Below, in pieces: positions 27,401-36,364 of a stretch of DNA of 40,636 bases; positions within the stretch are counted from its first letter, which is position 1, and every line of letters begins with the position of its first letter. The stretch lies in IMG/VR virus record IMGVR_UViG_3300017937_000055, positions 1 through 40,636 of that record; one strand, written 5' to 3'. The notes under the pieces were generated by a model. That model saw only the letters and a list, made by a program, of their open reading frames with translations. It was not told where the DNA came from and did no database searches. This stretch comes from a virus. Its lineage: Duplodnaviria; Caudoviricetes. A program made the position numbers and the translations under genes.

Positions 27401-27607
27401 GGCGGCAATGTGAATGTGAACATCCAACCACCGGCGGGCTACGAAGCCCACACGAACAAAACGCCCGATGGCAAGGGCGGCATGAACGTCAATGTCATGT
27501 TCCGGCAGATCAAGGGCATGCTGGCGAAGGACATCGCGGAGGGCGGCCAGACCGCCAAAGCCATCGGCGGCCGCTTCGGCATCGCCATGCAGCCGCAGGG
27601 TATTTGA
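24419..27607 (+). CDS. Tape measure protein with lytic transglycosylase-like domain
   Basis: 1062 aa Ala-rich helical; IESGGDY..GAYQVMP; WVGEQGPEL. Confidence 0.9.
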   Translation: MATEQVRVLRVRSEESGSDKVAAALNKVAAGATAADKAVQKYIDDANASVRPVAEALAKSQDDFAKATLSTARSIQSLEQRIDPVARALSDYEKAQKRVNLAIDSGQISAEKGATILAGYESRYVKASQSASKFANDNEKAFALNRAGMMELRAAGINAFQALASGMSATQVAMMEGSQVIGAFVQGAEGGIGGALKGLGSSLLGVGSGILATFGTFPVVAIGATAAVAGLYKGFSVLDDWMTHTTADAKEFATWLDKIGQGANTTADFIDKVGKAIHGMSLVDLNKTARGSAEDIKKLQGQLTNPLAEAAGWEGNISNPAFVRTYQEIDAIIDKLKGDGYASLEDLHAALDKVVQERPGLQRQAETWEKIGEEILKAKEAGKQFQQQQERIAHGYGSYQPRDNAALQKYFSGDALADAKAQQAVALQSINARTVAQRAAAAAAEVAARPFDPNQNPNVRLFEEGAASAKVFAEATRQANDALRDTQDALKTAGLDGYARSLAEINVQLQRQIELNPENAATWEKVADAQKKALAINTVKSFYDPLQEQLGSLKAEASTIFASDDAHRKLLATLQAENDLRRQGIDLGSSFAQGYEHDVVAISNYAAAVGRIKDAWDQVKQGGGQAIDDLVNGLTDGTSKISDVLKNVTNDLLKTFTHLGVSNPLKNLIFGQHLPTLSDLFSPTPQAPSLSTPGLGSLGTVMNPMYVVPVAGAGGLGGGTGGLASLFTDPIGTVSKWLGLGGTAGGNPTIGAAATAIKGIESGGDYSVVNKVTGALGAYQVMPENVASWTKQALGYSMTPDQFLNSSSAQDSVFAKIFGGYMSKYGPSGAAQAWFGGPGSVGKNVSDALGTTSSAYVDKFNAALGSATDATGIAAKGLGALGSGFDRFGQSLANVFPAAPSSGGGGMFGWLGNLFGGSSPTFSSTADELAYWGFAAGTPAAPPGWAWVGEQGPELMRFRGGETVLPHPVSMGLVRGYANGTPDVAKGLKPPSGAGGNVNVNIQPPAGYEAHTNKTPDGKGGMNVNVMFRQIKGMLAKDIAEGGQTAKAIGGRFGIAMQPQGI

Positions 27608-27610
27608 CCG

Positions 27611-27982
27611 ATGGCGATTCCCGCATGGCCTGACGGACTGCCGTCGCGTCCGCGCGCCGGCACATTCCAGATCCCGAAGCCGTTCCGCGAACCCTTGCGC
27701 ACCGAGATGGATGAAGGCGAGCCAAGAGCCCGACCGCTGACTTCCGTTCGCGTCGCGACGTTGAGTTTCAGCATCTTCATGACGCCGGCGCAATGCGCCA
27801 CGTTCCTCGACTTTGTTGAGAATACCCTGGCGGACGGCACCATGAAATTCACGATGCCGGTGCTCAAGCCGGGTGCCGGCATGCAGACGCGCACCGTGCA
27901 GTTCGTCCAGACGCCTCAGCCGAAGGACGATTCGGTGCTCTATTACGACGTTCCCATGACAATCGATGTCTGGAGCTGGTGA
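27611..27982 (+). CDS. Distal tail / minor tail protein
   Basis: WPDGLP..RTEMDEG..RAR; follows the tape measure gene. Confidence 0.7.
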   Translation: MAIPAWPDGLPSRPRAGTFQIPKPFREPLRTEMDEGEPRARPLTSVRVATLSFSIFMTPAQCATFLDFVENTLADGTMKFTMPVLKPGAGMQTRTVQFVQTPQPKDDSVLYYDVPMTIDVWSW

Positions 27983-28524
27983 TGGCGACCGTTACCGAAG
28001 CCTGGCAGGAAGCGATTGCGTCGGCGCCGGCCGATATGGTCGTGCTCTCGACGCTGGAACTGATCCATCCGACTTTTGTCGATGACCAGGGCAACCCGGA
28101 TTCGATCCGGGTCGTGCTCGACGAAGAGGATCACACCTTCACGCTTGAGGCGACGGCGCCGCTCCATGCCGGCCAGCAAGTCCTTTTCGAAGCACTGGCG
28201 CTGACCGTAACGCAGCCCGAGCAGGAAGATGGCAAGCTTGGCGGTTCGCTACAGATCGAACTCGATAACGTGCCTCGTACGATCCTGCCCAGCCTGCATG
28301 CGGCTGCATCGGTCAGGGCGCGCGCGCAGATCATCTACCGCGAATATGTGCTCGACGACACGACCGAACCTGATCTCGTCATCGACGGGCTTTCGGCCAA
28401 GATCGTCCAGATCACGCAGACGAAGATCACCTGTTCCGCAACCTTCCTCGACCTGCTGAACGCGTCGTTCCCGACGCGCATTTTCAGCCAGGAGGACTTT
28501 CCCGGACTCTTCGACGGATCATGA
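27982..28524 (+). CDS. DUF1833-like tail tip protein
   Basis: TLELIHP, IELDNV, FPTRIF...FPGLF. Confidence 0.75.
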   Translation: MATVTEAWQEAIASAPADMVVLSTLELIHPTFVDDQGNPDSIRVVLDEEDHTFTLEATAPLHAGQQVLFEALALTVTQPEQEDGKLGGSLQIELDNVPRTILPSLHAAASVRARAQIIYREYVLDDTTEPDLVIDGLSAKIVQITQTKITCSATFLDLLNASFPTRIFSQEDFPGLFDGS

Positions 28525-28931
28525 TCACGCCCGAATTCGTCAACAATCTGATTGGCAGACCCTACAAGCCCGGCGCCACCGGCCCGGACGCCTTCGACTG
28601 CTATGGGCTCACGCGTCTCGTCCAGTCGGTCGGCTGGGGTCGCGACCTGCCGGATATCGTCGTGCCGGAGATCGACGACAGGCGCATCTTCATTGCGCTG
28701 TTCCGCCAGCATGCCGGCGACCATCGCTGGCGGCAGGTTGAGCGCTTTGGCCATGGCACGATCGTCACCATGGCCCGCCACGATAACGCGCTCCACGTCG
28801 GGACGTATCTCGATTTCGACGGCGGCGGCGTCCTGCACGCGCTGGAGAGACCGGGCGTCCAGTTCGATCCGCTGCCCTGCCTGAAAGCGACCGGCTGGCG
28901 GCGCTTCCGCTTCTACGAGCCGGTGACATGA
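28521..28931 (+). CDS. NlpC/P60 tail assembly protein
   Basis: IGRPY..G..GPDAFDCYGL, HVGTY, VLHA. Confidence 0.88.
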   Translation: MITPEFVNNLIGRPYKPGATGPDAFDCYGLTRLVQSVGWGRDLPDIVVPEIDDRRIFIALFRQHAGDHRWRQVERFGHGTIVTMARHDNALHVGTYLDFDGGGVLHALERPGVQFDPLPCLKATGWRRFRFYEPVT

Positions 28932-29002
28932 TCGCAACTGTGTCCACATCATGGGGCGACATTCGGGTCGATCTATCAGAGCCGACGCCGGAAGAGATCG
29001 CG

Positions 29003-29245
29003 TCAGCTCTCGCCTCGTTCAACGACCTTCAGCCCGTTGATGAAAGCGCGGATGGCATGCTTGTCGCCCATCACCATGCCGTCCGTCGCCATCGTTCGGG
29101 CAACCGAGTGTTCGATCCCGTCAATGACGCGCCGAACGGTCTCTCTACCGCCGGTATGCCTCAACTCGACGAGAATTTCACGAAAGCAAGTGAGGGCGAA
29201 GAACGAAAGATCAATACCACTGATTTGGTCTTTTTCGCTGGCCAT
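29003..29245 (-). CDS. Small hypothetical moron protein
   Basis: 80 aa preceded by GGGAGG 6 nt upstream of ATG. Confidence 0.6.
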   Translation of the reverse strand: MASEKDQISGIDLSFFALTCFREILVELRHTGGRETVRRVIDGIEHSVARTMATDGMVMGDKHAIRAFINGLKVVERGES

Positions 29246-29270
29246 CTGTTTCCTCCCATAGGTGACGGCG

Positions 29271-32200
29271 ATGACCGTTGATCAGTTGACGCCGAGAGTC
29301 CAGCGATGCGCGCCGCGCGTCCTGCATTTCCGCGAGGTCCTGGCCGATCGGCCGCGCGGCATCCTGCTCGCCCGACCGATGACGATCGCCGAGGTGATCG
29401 AAAAGCATCACATCGATGTCAACCGCCTACCGACCATCGCCATGATTGGCGAGGAAGCGGTGCTGCGCGGCCAATGGAACGTCAGGCTGGTGCGCGAGAA
29501 CGAGGTGCTGCTTTTCATCGCCATGCCGCGTGGCGGCGGCGGTGGCGGCAGCGGCAAGCAGATCGCCGGCCTGATCGCCAGCCTGGCGCTCGTCATCGCC
29601 GCGCCCTATGTCGGCGGCGCGGTGGCCGGGCTCTTCGGACTGTCATCGACCGGCGCTGTCGCCGGCATTTCCTCCGCAGCCTTCCTCATTGGCGGCCGAC
29701 TGCTCCTGAATGCTGTCCTGCCGAGCCAGTCGGCGAAGAACACATCGGTTCCGTCCGTCAGCGCCGGGAGCAATCAGGCGTCGCCGCTCGACGTTGTACC
29801 GGTCCTCTATGGCAATAGGCGCTATGCGCCGCGCTTCGCGTCGGCTCCCTATTCCGAGTACCAGGACAACGATCAGTATCTCTATCAGCTGCTGGCCGTG
29901 ACGTTGGGTTATTGCTCGATCAAGAAGATCGAGATCGGCGACACGCCGATGTGGACGCCCGACGGCGGCGTCAACACCACCTGGCCGGATACGGAGGTGC
30001 AGATCTGCGCGCCGGGCGAGGCGATGACGCTCTTCCCGGCCAATGTGGAAACGTCCTCGGAAGTTTCCGGTCAGACGCTTCCGAGCGCGGTGGACGGCGC
30101 AATTCAGTGGCTCGGTCCTTATGTCGTCAACGCGGCCGGCGCGACGATCGATAAGCTCGCCATCGACTTCGCCTGCCCTTCCGGTCTCTACAAGACCGGC
30201 AGCAGCGGCAGCATCAAAAGCGTCACGGCCGAACTCGATGCCGAATATCGTGCGGTTGATGATGCCGGCGATCCGGTGGGCGACGGCACATGGTCGACGC
30301 TCTATGCGGAAAATCTGTCAATGGCGACGCGCACGCCGCAGCGCTTCACCAAGACAATTGATGTTGCGCCGGCGCGCTACGAGGTCAGGTTCGGCCGTCA
30401 TGACAGCCAGACGGACGCCGGAACCGATACGATCGTGTGGGCCGGCCTGCGCGGCTATCTCCGGGATTTCAAGCTTGCGGATGGCGTCACCTATCTCGCC
30501 ATCAAGATCAAGGCGAACGACCGGCTGAGCCAGCAATCGGCTTCGCAGATCAATGTGACGGCGACGCGCATGTTGCCGGTCTATGATCCGGGCACCGGCG
30601 TCTGGTCAGCGCCGCAGGAAACGCAGTCGATCGCCTGGGCGGCGGCCGATATCTGCCGCAATACCGATTACGCGGCGGCGCTCGCCGATTATCAATATGA
30701 TCTCGCCTGGCTGGCGACCTATGATGGCGTCTGGACCACGCGCGGCGACACGTTCAACTTCGTCTTCGACAGCAAGCAATCGATCGAGGCGGCGTTGCGC
30801 ACCGTGCTGCGCGCTGGCCGCGCCCAGCCGATCCGGCTCGGCGGCATGCTGGGCTTCGTGCGCGACGAGCCGAAGACGATCCGCCGCGCCGTGTTCACGC
30901 CGCGCAACGTCGTCAAGGGCTCCTTCCAGGAGAAGATCGTCCTCTTCGACGACACGAGCCCCGACAGCGTGCGGGTGCAGTACGTATCCGACAACACATG
31001 GCGCACCGCTTCCGTCGTCTGTCAAGCGCCGGGCTATTCCGTCGATCAACCCGCCGATCTCCAGCTCGACGGCATCACCGACTATCATCAGGCATGGCGC
31101 GAGGGCACCTATGCCGCCGCTTCAAATGCCTTTCGAAGGCGGTTCTTCAGCTTTCAGGCCGAATGGGACGGCCGCATCCTGACCAAAGGCGCCCGGGTGC
31201 TTGTCCAGCATCCGATCCTTGAGGCCAATCAATCGGGAGCCATCCTCGCCCTCGATGGCGACACGCTGACGCTCGATCGCGATGTGACGCTCGATGAAGG
31301 CGACAATTACCTGACGATCCGAACCAAGACGGGCTTCGAATGGGGCATGGTCAAGGTGACGACCGGCGGCGACGCGCGGACATTGGTGATGGATGCCGCA
31401 AGCCGCGCCGATGTGGAAACGGCTATGGGCGCGCTCGCCGACCAGATGCCGGCGGAATCCGCGGAGGACGCGCACTTCATCCTCTATGGCCAGTCAGGGG
31501 AGGAATTTTCGGCCCTGGTCGTCTCTTGCGAACCTGACGATCCGGACCATGTGACCGTCACCACGGTCATCGACGATTCGCGCGTCCATACGGCCGATCA
31601 GACGCAGACGGAGCCGACCCCGCCGATCGGCAATCAGCTGCCGGTCATCCCGTCGCGTCCGGTCATCGATGTCACGACAGTCAGCGCCTCGGTGCAGAAG
31701 GGAACGCTGTCCTATCAGGTTTATGTCGGCTATTCGCCGGCAGTCGGGGCCAAGAGCTACAATGCGGAGGTCAGCTATGATGATCAAGCGACCTGGCAGC
31801 CGGTCTATGACGGGATTGCCGTGCATTGGTCCGCACCCGTTCTGGCAACTGCGTTCTTTCTGCGCATCCAGGCGATCGGCGAGCAAGCCGGGCCATTTGT
31901 TGTCGTATCGATCAATCAGGACCAGCTGCCCGATCCGCGTTTGAGCGTTGCCGATGGCGATCTCTATCCCATCACGGATGCCCAGGCAGACCAGATCCTC
32001 AAGGGCGTACTCTCCTTCATCGGCGACCAGGCCAAAGCTGCCCTTCATGCGGCGCAATCGCTATCGAGCCTTGTCGCCGATCATGTCTCGACAGCCTATG
32101 AGAACGTCCAGCAAATCCAAACCGTCCTGACCTCGCAATATCAGGACGCCGATGCGAAGGTCACGGCGGCCTATACACAGGCGATCCTTGTCGCGACCGG

Positions 32201-32798
32201 ACCTGGGTCGGCCATCGTACAGCAGTTGACGACGTTACAGGCCACTATACCGACGCTGGCGACGGCAACAGCACTCAATGCTCTTACAGCCCGCGTCTCC
32301 ACCAATGAGGGCGATATCGACAGCATCTCAGTCGCGCTGACACAAGTGCAAGCGACCTTGCCGAACAAAGCTGATGCCAGCACGGTTTCCGATCTTAGTT
32401 CGGAGGTGAGCACTCAGGGTGGACAGATCACCGCCAATTCGAACGCCATTACCCAGACGAACGCGACGGTCGGAAAGTTTTCAGCAAGCGGGCTCTCACG
32501 CATCTATGCCACGGCCACCAATAGCGGTGCAGCTGCAACAGTTGCTTACGGTGCAACGGCATCTTCTGGCGCTGGGAATCCGACAGTTGCGGCATTCTAT
32601 GCCGATGCGATGTCTGATGGAACAAGCCGGCTCGTCTTGCTGGCGAACCAGACGCTGATCATGGATGCAAATGGCAATCTGGCAGCTATGTTCCAGGCAG
32701 GCACCGCGTTCCTTAATTCGACTGTCATTGGCACGGCGACCATCACCTCACCAAAGCTGTACGACATAGAGGCCGAAGATCTTGCCGAGGCGGCATGA
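29271..32798 (+). CDS. Tail tip / host-specificity protein J-like, with N-terminal ubiquitin-like (gpI-type) domain
   Basis: N-terminal domain ending PRGGGGGG; VPVLYG; coiled-coil C-terminus; about 1175 aa. Confidence 0.88.
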   Translation: MTVDQLTPRVQRCAPRVLHFREVLADRPRGILLARPMTIAEVIEKHHIDVNRLPTIAMIGEEAVLRGQWNVRLVRENEVLLFIAMPRGGGGGGSGKQIAGLIASLALVIAAPYVGGAVAGLFGLSSTGAVAGISSAAFLIGGRLLLNAVLPSQSAKNTSVPSVSAGSNQASPLDVVPVLYGNRRYAPRFASAPYSEYQDNDQYLYQLLAVTLGYCSIKKIEIGDTPMWTPDGGVNTTWPDTEVQICAPGEAMTLFPANVETSSEVSGQTLPSAVDGAIQWLGPYVVNAAGATIDKLAIDFACPSGLYKTGSSGSIKSVTAELDAEYRAVDDAGDPVGDGTWSTLYAENLSMATRTPQRFTKTIDVAPARYEVRFGRHDSQTDAGTDTIVWAGLRGYLRDFKLADGVTYLAIKIKANDRLSQQSASQINVTATRMLPVYDPGTGVWSAPQETQSIAWAAADICRNTDYAAALADYQYDLAWLATYDGVWTTRGDTFNFVFDSKQSIEAALRTVLRAGRAQPIRLGGMLGFVRDEPKTIRRAVFTPRNVVKGSFQEKIVLFDDTSPDSVRVQYVSDNTWRTASVVCQAPGYSVDQPADLQLDGITDYHQAWREGTYAAASNAFRRRFFSFQAEWDGRILTKGARVLVQHPILEANQSGAILALDGDTLTLDRDVTLDEGDNYLTIRTKTGFEWGMVKVTTGGDARTLVMDAASRADVETAMGALADQMPAESAEDAHFILYGQSGEEFSALVVSCEPDDPDHVTVTTVIDDSRVHTADQTQTEPTPPIGNQLPVIPSRPVIDVTTVSASVQKGTLSYQVYVGYSPAVGAKSYNAEVSYDDQATWQPVYDGIAVHWSAPVLATAFFLRIQAIGEQAGPFVVVSINQDQLPDPRLSVADGDLYPITDAQADQILKGVLSFIGDQAKAALHAAQSLSSLVADHVSTAYENVQQIQTVLTSQYQDADAKVTAAYTQAILVATGPGSAIVQQLTTLQATIPTLATATALNALTARVSTNEGDIDSISVALTQVQATLPNKADASTVSDLSSEVSTQGGQITANSNAITQTNATVGKFSASGLSRIYATATNSGAAATVAYGATASSGAGNPTVAAFYADAMSDGTSRLVLLANQTLIMDANGNLAAMFQAGTAFLNSTVIGTATITSPKLYDIEAEDLAEAA

Positions 32799-33790
32799 CC
32801 GCGATCAATGCTGTGGTGCTGGCGAATGAGGCGCATCTCTTCACTGACGCCGGCCATTATGATCCAAACAGCCTCATCCTGCGCTCGATCGGCGGCAAGG
32901 TGCATATTCTGGCGCGTATCCCGGCCGTGGTGGCGTTCACCGGGCCGTCGCGGGGCGGTGAAGCGATCCTGCGGGAACTGGAGAGACGCGACGCGACGGA
33001 CCCGTTCGCCGCAATCCAGGCCTTCTGCGGGGCGGTCGGAGAAGAAATCAAAAGGGAGAAAATAGAAGGCCGCTATTCGGCGCTCCTGCTTGGCGCACAG
33101 CGCGGTGTGGTGATCGATGAAGCGGGCAAGTTGACGCCGCTCTTTCCCGGCCGCGTGATCAAGTCCCTGCCGTCACCCATCCGGTTCGATCCGGAGGATG
33201 TCGTTTCGAGCGGACTTGCCATGGTCATCGATCAACGGGCGCGGCATGGTGTCGTCTCAGGCTATTGCCAGCATACGGTCGTCCGGGAAAGCGGGATCAC
33301 GTCGAGAATTCTGCACCGCTGGCCGGATGTGCCGGTAGCAGCCGAAGCCGCGACGATCGCTGCCATGATCGCCGATCTGACGGTGGACACGATCAATTTC
33401 GCGCCGGGAGCCGTGACCGGCGTCGTTTCGGCAAGCGGCTCGGCAAGCGATATCCAGGCCGGCAATGTCTCGGTCAATTGCCCGAACCCGTTCGGCTTTC
33501 CGATCAAGATCCTGACGGACATCGCCTATTCCTATTCCGGGACGGCAGGTTCTTCGAGTGCTTCGATCGAGATCATCATCAACCGGGATGGCGCGCAGCT
33601 CTACGACAAGACCATCACTTTCACCGGCAGCGGCAGCAAGTCCAGCAATCTAGCTCCGGCCTTCCTCGATCAAACCACGGCAGGCCACACCTATTCGATG
33701 AAGATCACCGTCCACGGCGATCCGAACGGTTCGGGCGGCATAGCCTCCGCCTCGGGCGGCAATCTCGTCTGCCTCTACACGCAGAAATGA
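32795..33790 (+). CDS. Ntn-hydrolase/proteasome-beta-like domain fused to a tail-tip module
   Basis: After Met removal T1, D17, K34, G49; C-terminal beta-rich domain begins AMIADLTVDTINFAPGAVT. Confidence 0.55.
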   Translation: MTAINAVVLANEAHLFTDAGHYDPNSLILRSIGGKVHILARIPAVVAFTGPSRGGEAILRELERRDATDPFAAIQAFCGAVGEEIKREKIEGRYSALLLGAQRGVVIDEAGKLTPLFPGRVIKSLPSPIRFDPEDVVSSGLAMVIDQRARHGVVSGYCQHTVVRESGITSRILHRWPDVPVAAEAATIAAMIADLTVDTINFAPGAVTGVVSASGSASDIQAGNVSVNCPNPFGFPIKILTDIAYSYSGTAGSSSASIEIIINRDGAQLYDKTITFTGSGSKSSNLAPAFLDQTTAGHTYSMKITVHGDPNGSGGIASASGGNLVCLYTQK

Positions 33791-33791
33791 C

Positions 33792-34241
33792 ATGGCGAAC
33801 ATAGGCGTTGCGCAGGTCGAGGCTTTCCACATTCCGGACGGCGCTGTCTCCGAATATACGACCGGCAGCCGGGCGAGCGACAGCAGCCAATTCGGGACGA
33901 AAACGCAGGATGTGACGATCGCGAATGAAGCCGGAACGCCCGTCGAACTGTGGGTCGATGGGCTGTTCACCATCAATTCGGCCAGCGGAGCGACGGTTCA
34001 GGGGAGCGCGACGGTCGGCATCAAGAGAAAGAGCGATGGGGTCTATCTCTTTAATTCAGCGCCGGACCACAGCACGAGAGGATCATATTCCAGCCCGGTC
34101 AACGGCCAGGCGATCGATCTCAACGCTGCAACGAACCAGACCTACACGATCGAAGTTTCGGCCTCCGCTTCGGGGGGTACGCTGAGCGCGGATAAGACAA
34201 CCATATCCTGCAACCTGACGCTCATCGCGTCAAAGAAATGA
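33792..34241 (+). CDS. Tail-tip module 2 (putative receptor-binding domain)
   Basis: Begins ANIGVAQVEAFHIPDGAVS; Ser/Thr/Gly beta-rich. Confidence 0.6.
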   Translation: MANIGVAQVEAFHIPDGAVSEYTTGSRASDSSQFGTKTQDVTIANEAGTPVELWVDGLFTINSASGATVQGSATVGIKRKSDGVYLFNSAPDHSTRGSYSSPVNGQAIDLNAATNQTYTIEVSASASGGTLSADKTTISCNLTLIASKK

Positions 34242-34543
34242 CCATGGCCAATATCGCCCAACTCGCCGTCGAGGGGATCAAGATCAAGAACGGCTCGTTG
34301 ACGCATTTCGTAAGCGGCGGCGGGACATCGATCACGGTTGCCAATGACGGGGAGAACCCGACCTTTCTCTGGCTGGAGAACGCGTCGGGCTCGATGACGG
34401 TAACACGCTCGCGCGACGGCGCGGTCATATTCGAGGGCGACGGCTATTTCCGCTCGGTCGCAGCCGATCGCTCTCACCAGGCAACGGAAACCTACACGGC
34501 CAACCAGGGCGTCATCCGCGGCGCGAATTTCCGCTGGCGCTGA
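34238..34543 (+). CDS. Tail-tip module 3
   Basis: Begins ANIAQLAVEGIKIKNGSLT; ATGA-coupled. Confidence 0.6.
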   Translation: MTMANIAQLAVEGIKIKNGSLTHFVSGGGTSITVANDGENPTFLWLENASGSMTVTRSRDGAVIFEGDGYFRSVAADRSHQATETYTANQGVIRGANFRWR

Positions 34544-34559
34544 TCATCAAGAGGAAATC

Positions 34560-34823
34560 ATGACGGACAAAAGGGAACAGCCTGGCGCGGCCGCGCCGGG
34601 AACGATCGCCATCGATCCGCGCGTGGCGCTGGAGGAACAGGTGGCCCTCGCGGAGTTCTGGCGCAACCGCGCCCTACTCAACGGGCAGAAGGCTTTCGAG
34701 CGCGAGGCGGCCATCAACACCGTGCAGGAAGCGACTGCCAAGGTGATTGCCGAGAACGAAGAGTTGCGCAAGGCGGCAGAACAGCCTGCCAACGTCGCGA
34801 AGCCCGACAAGAAGGTGAACTGA
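34560..34823 (+). CDS. Small coiled-coil tail-region protein
   Basis: 87 aa, GAGG RBS. Confidence 0.65.
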   Translation: MTDKREQPGAAAPGTIAIDPRVALEEQVALAEFWRNRALLNGQKAFEREAAINTVQEATAKVIAENEELRKAAEQPANVAKPDKKVN

Positions 34824-34826
34824 TCC

Positions 34827-35669
34827 ATGGCTGTCATCAACTTGCCCGATTGGGTCGGCGGAACGATCACGCTCACCGCTGGCCAGACCGGCTTTTCCGT
34901 CAGCGGCGTCGATCTCACGGTGATCGATGTCCAACCCGGCGATCAGATTTATCACACGACAACCGGCCGTTGGCTCATCATCGGGGCTGTCACCGGCACG
35001 ACGACGGGCGATCTCGCCTATGCCTGCCCGGCCGATCTGGCGGGAACCGGCCTGGCACTGCGCATCCGCTATCAGCCCGATGTGACCCGCATGCTGGCGG
35101 CGCTCCAGAAACTGCAGGCGCTCCGTGCCGGCGGCAATCTCGATGCCTTGGCCGGTCTGACCGGCGCTCCAGACACCGGATTCGCTTTCAACGGCGCCGG
35201 CACGATGTTTGAGTATGATTTGCCATCCATAGCGCGCGACTTTCTCGCCGCCGATTTCATGCCCGTCGAACAAGGCACCCACAAAATCAAAATTGATTGG
35301 AATTCTGCGGGTTATATGGAGAGCGACATCGACAATGGAGCTGCACTTCTCGGAAGAATCTGGGCCGATTTTGAGGCTGGTCGCAGCCTTTCCTCGCCCG
35401 CCGGCTATCAGAAGTTTCCCGGCGGCTTTGTCTTCCAGTGGACCTATCTGACGAACATCTCTGATGTTGCGTGGACGTTTCCCGTCGCGTTTCCGACCGA
35501 ATGCCTGGGTGCCAGCGCAATCGTTTCCAGAACGCTATGGACGGACGAGTCTCAGGCTTTCGTGCAGACCGACACCAAATCCGTCAACACGGTGAACATA
35601 AGGGTAAGGAACACAATTTCAGGTCTCACCGACCCGAGGAACGTTTCTGCTTTTGCATGGGGACATTAG
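34827..35669 (+). CDS. Tail fibre protein
   Basis: C-terminal GYQKFPGGFVFQW..FPVAFP..AWGH fibre tip pattern. Confidence 0.8.
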   Translation: MAVINLPDWVGGTITLTAGQTGFSVSGVDLTVIDVQPGDQIYHTTTGRWLIIGAVTGTTTGDLAYACPADLAGTGLALRIRYQPDVTRMLAALQKLQALRAGGNLDALAGLTGAPDTGFAFNGAGTMFEYDLPSIARDFLAADFMPVEQGTHKIKIDWNSAGYMESDIDNGAALLGRIWADFEAGRSLSSPAGYQKFPGGFVFQWTYLTNISDVAWTFPVAFPTECLGASAIVSRTLWTDESQAFVQTDTKSVNTVNIRVRNTISGLTDPRNVSAFAWGH

Positions 35670-35673
35670 AGCA

Positions 35674-36234
35674 ATGCGATACGCGACTTTCGACGCCAAC
35701 GGCATGCCGACCGGCTTCTATTCCGACGACGTGCACGGGCCGCGATTATTGCCGGTTTACGGACCTATTCCAGAGCCGACAACCGACGATCCCAACCCCG
35801 TCGCGCCCATCATTGGCACCAAGCCAAATCCAGCCTGCATGATCCCGGCCGGAGCCATCGAAATCACCGATGTTCAATGGCAGGAATTCCTTGCGAACCC
35901 AGGCCTGCGCAAATGGCAGAACGGCCAACTGGTCGAATATACGCCGCCACCGCCAGTGCCGACAGAGGCCGACTATGGCCGCGCGGTCCAGATCATGCTC
36001 GATGCTAAGGCTCAGGAGCGGAGCTACGACAGCATCGCGACTGCCGTCAGCTACAGGGACGATCCGAACGCGACCTATTCTGCCGAGGGGGCCGCCCTGT
36101 TCAACTGGCGCTCAGCGGTCTGGACCTATGTCTATCAGCAGCTCGCGGCGGTGCAGGCCGGGACGCGTGCGCAGCCGGCGGTGGCGGATTTCGTGACGGA
36201 GGTGGGGACGCAGTGTCCGTTTGAATGGCCGTAA
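35674..36234 (+). CDS. Tail fibre assembly protein
   Basis: GFYSDDVHG..IPAGAIEIT..W; LDAKAQERSYDSI..WRSAVW. Confidence 0.75.
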   Translation: MRYATFDANGMPTGFYSDDVHGPRLLPVYGPIPEPTTDDPNPVAPIIGTKPNPACMIPAGAIEITDVQWQEFLANPGLRKWQNGQLVEYTPPPPVPTEADYGRAVQIMLDAKAQERSYDSIATAVSYRDDPNATYSAEGAALFNWRSAVWTYVYQQLAAVQAGTRAQPAVADFVTEVGTQCPFEWP

Positions 36235-36236
36235 TG

Positions 36237-36271
36237 AAAATGGCCGCTCTCTCCGAGGTAAGAGAGCGGCC
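36237..36271 (-). terminator. Perfect 11-bp hairpin, terminator-like (possibly bidirectional)
   Basis: GGCCGCTCTCT-N8-AGAGAGCGGCC, preceded by AAAAT on the plus strand. Confidence 0.6.
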
Positions 36272-36364
36272 GCCGCTGCTGGAATGGCGGGCCGCGTTGC
36301 TGGGGTGAACGGGAATGATGCGGCCTGCGTGGCACGAACCACGACGCAATCGATTGGTTCCAAT

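Noticed and set aside
32795-36234. DGR or invertible tail cassette
   Set aside because: No reverse transcriptase, invertase, template repeat or inverted recombination sites seen
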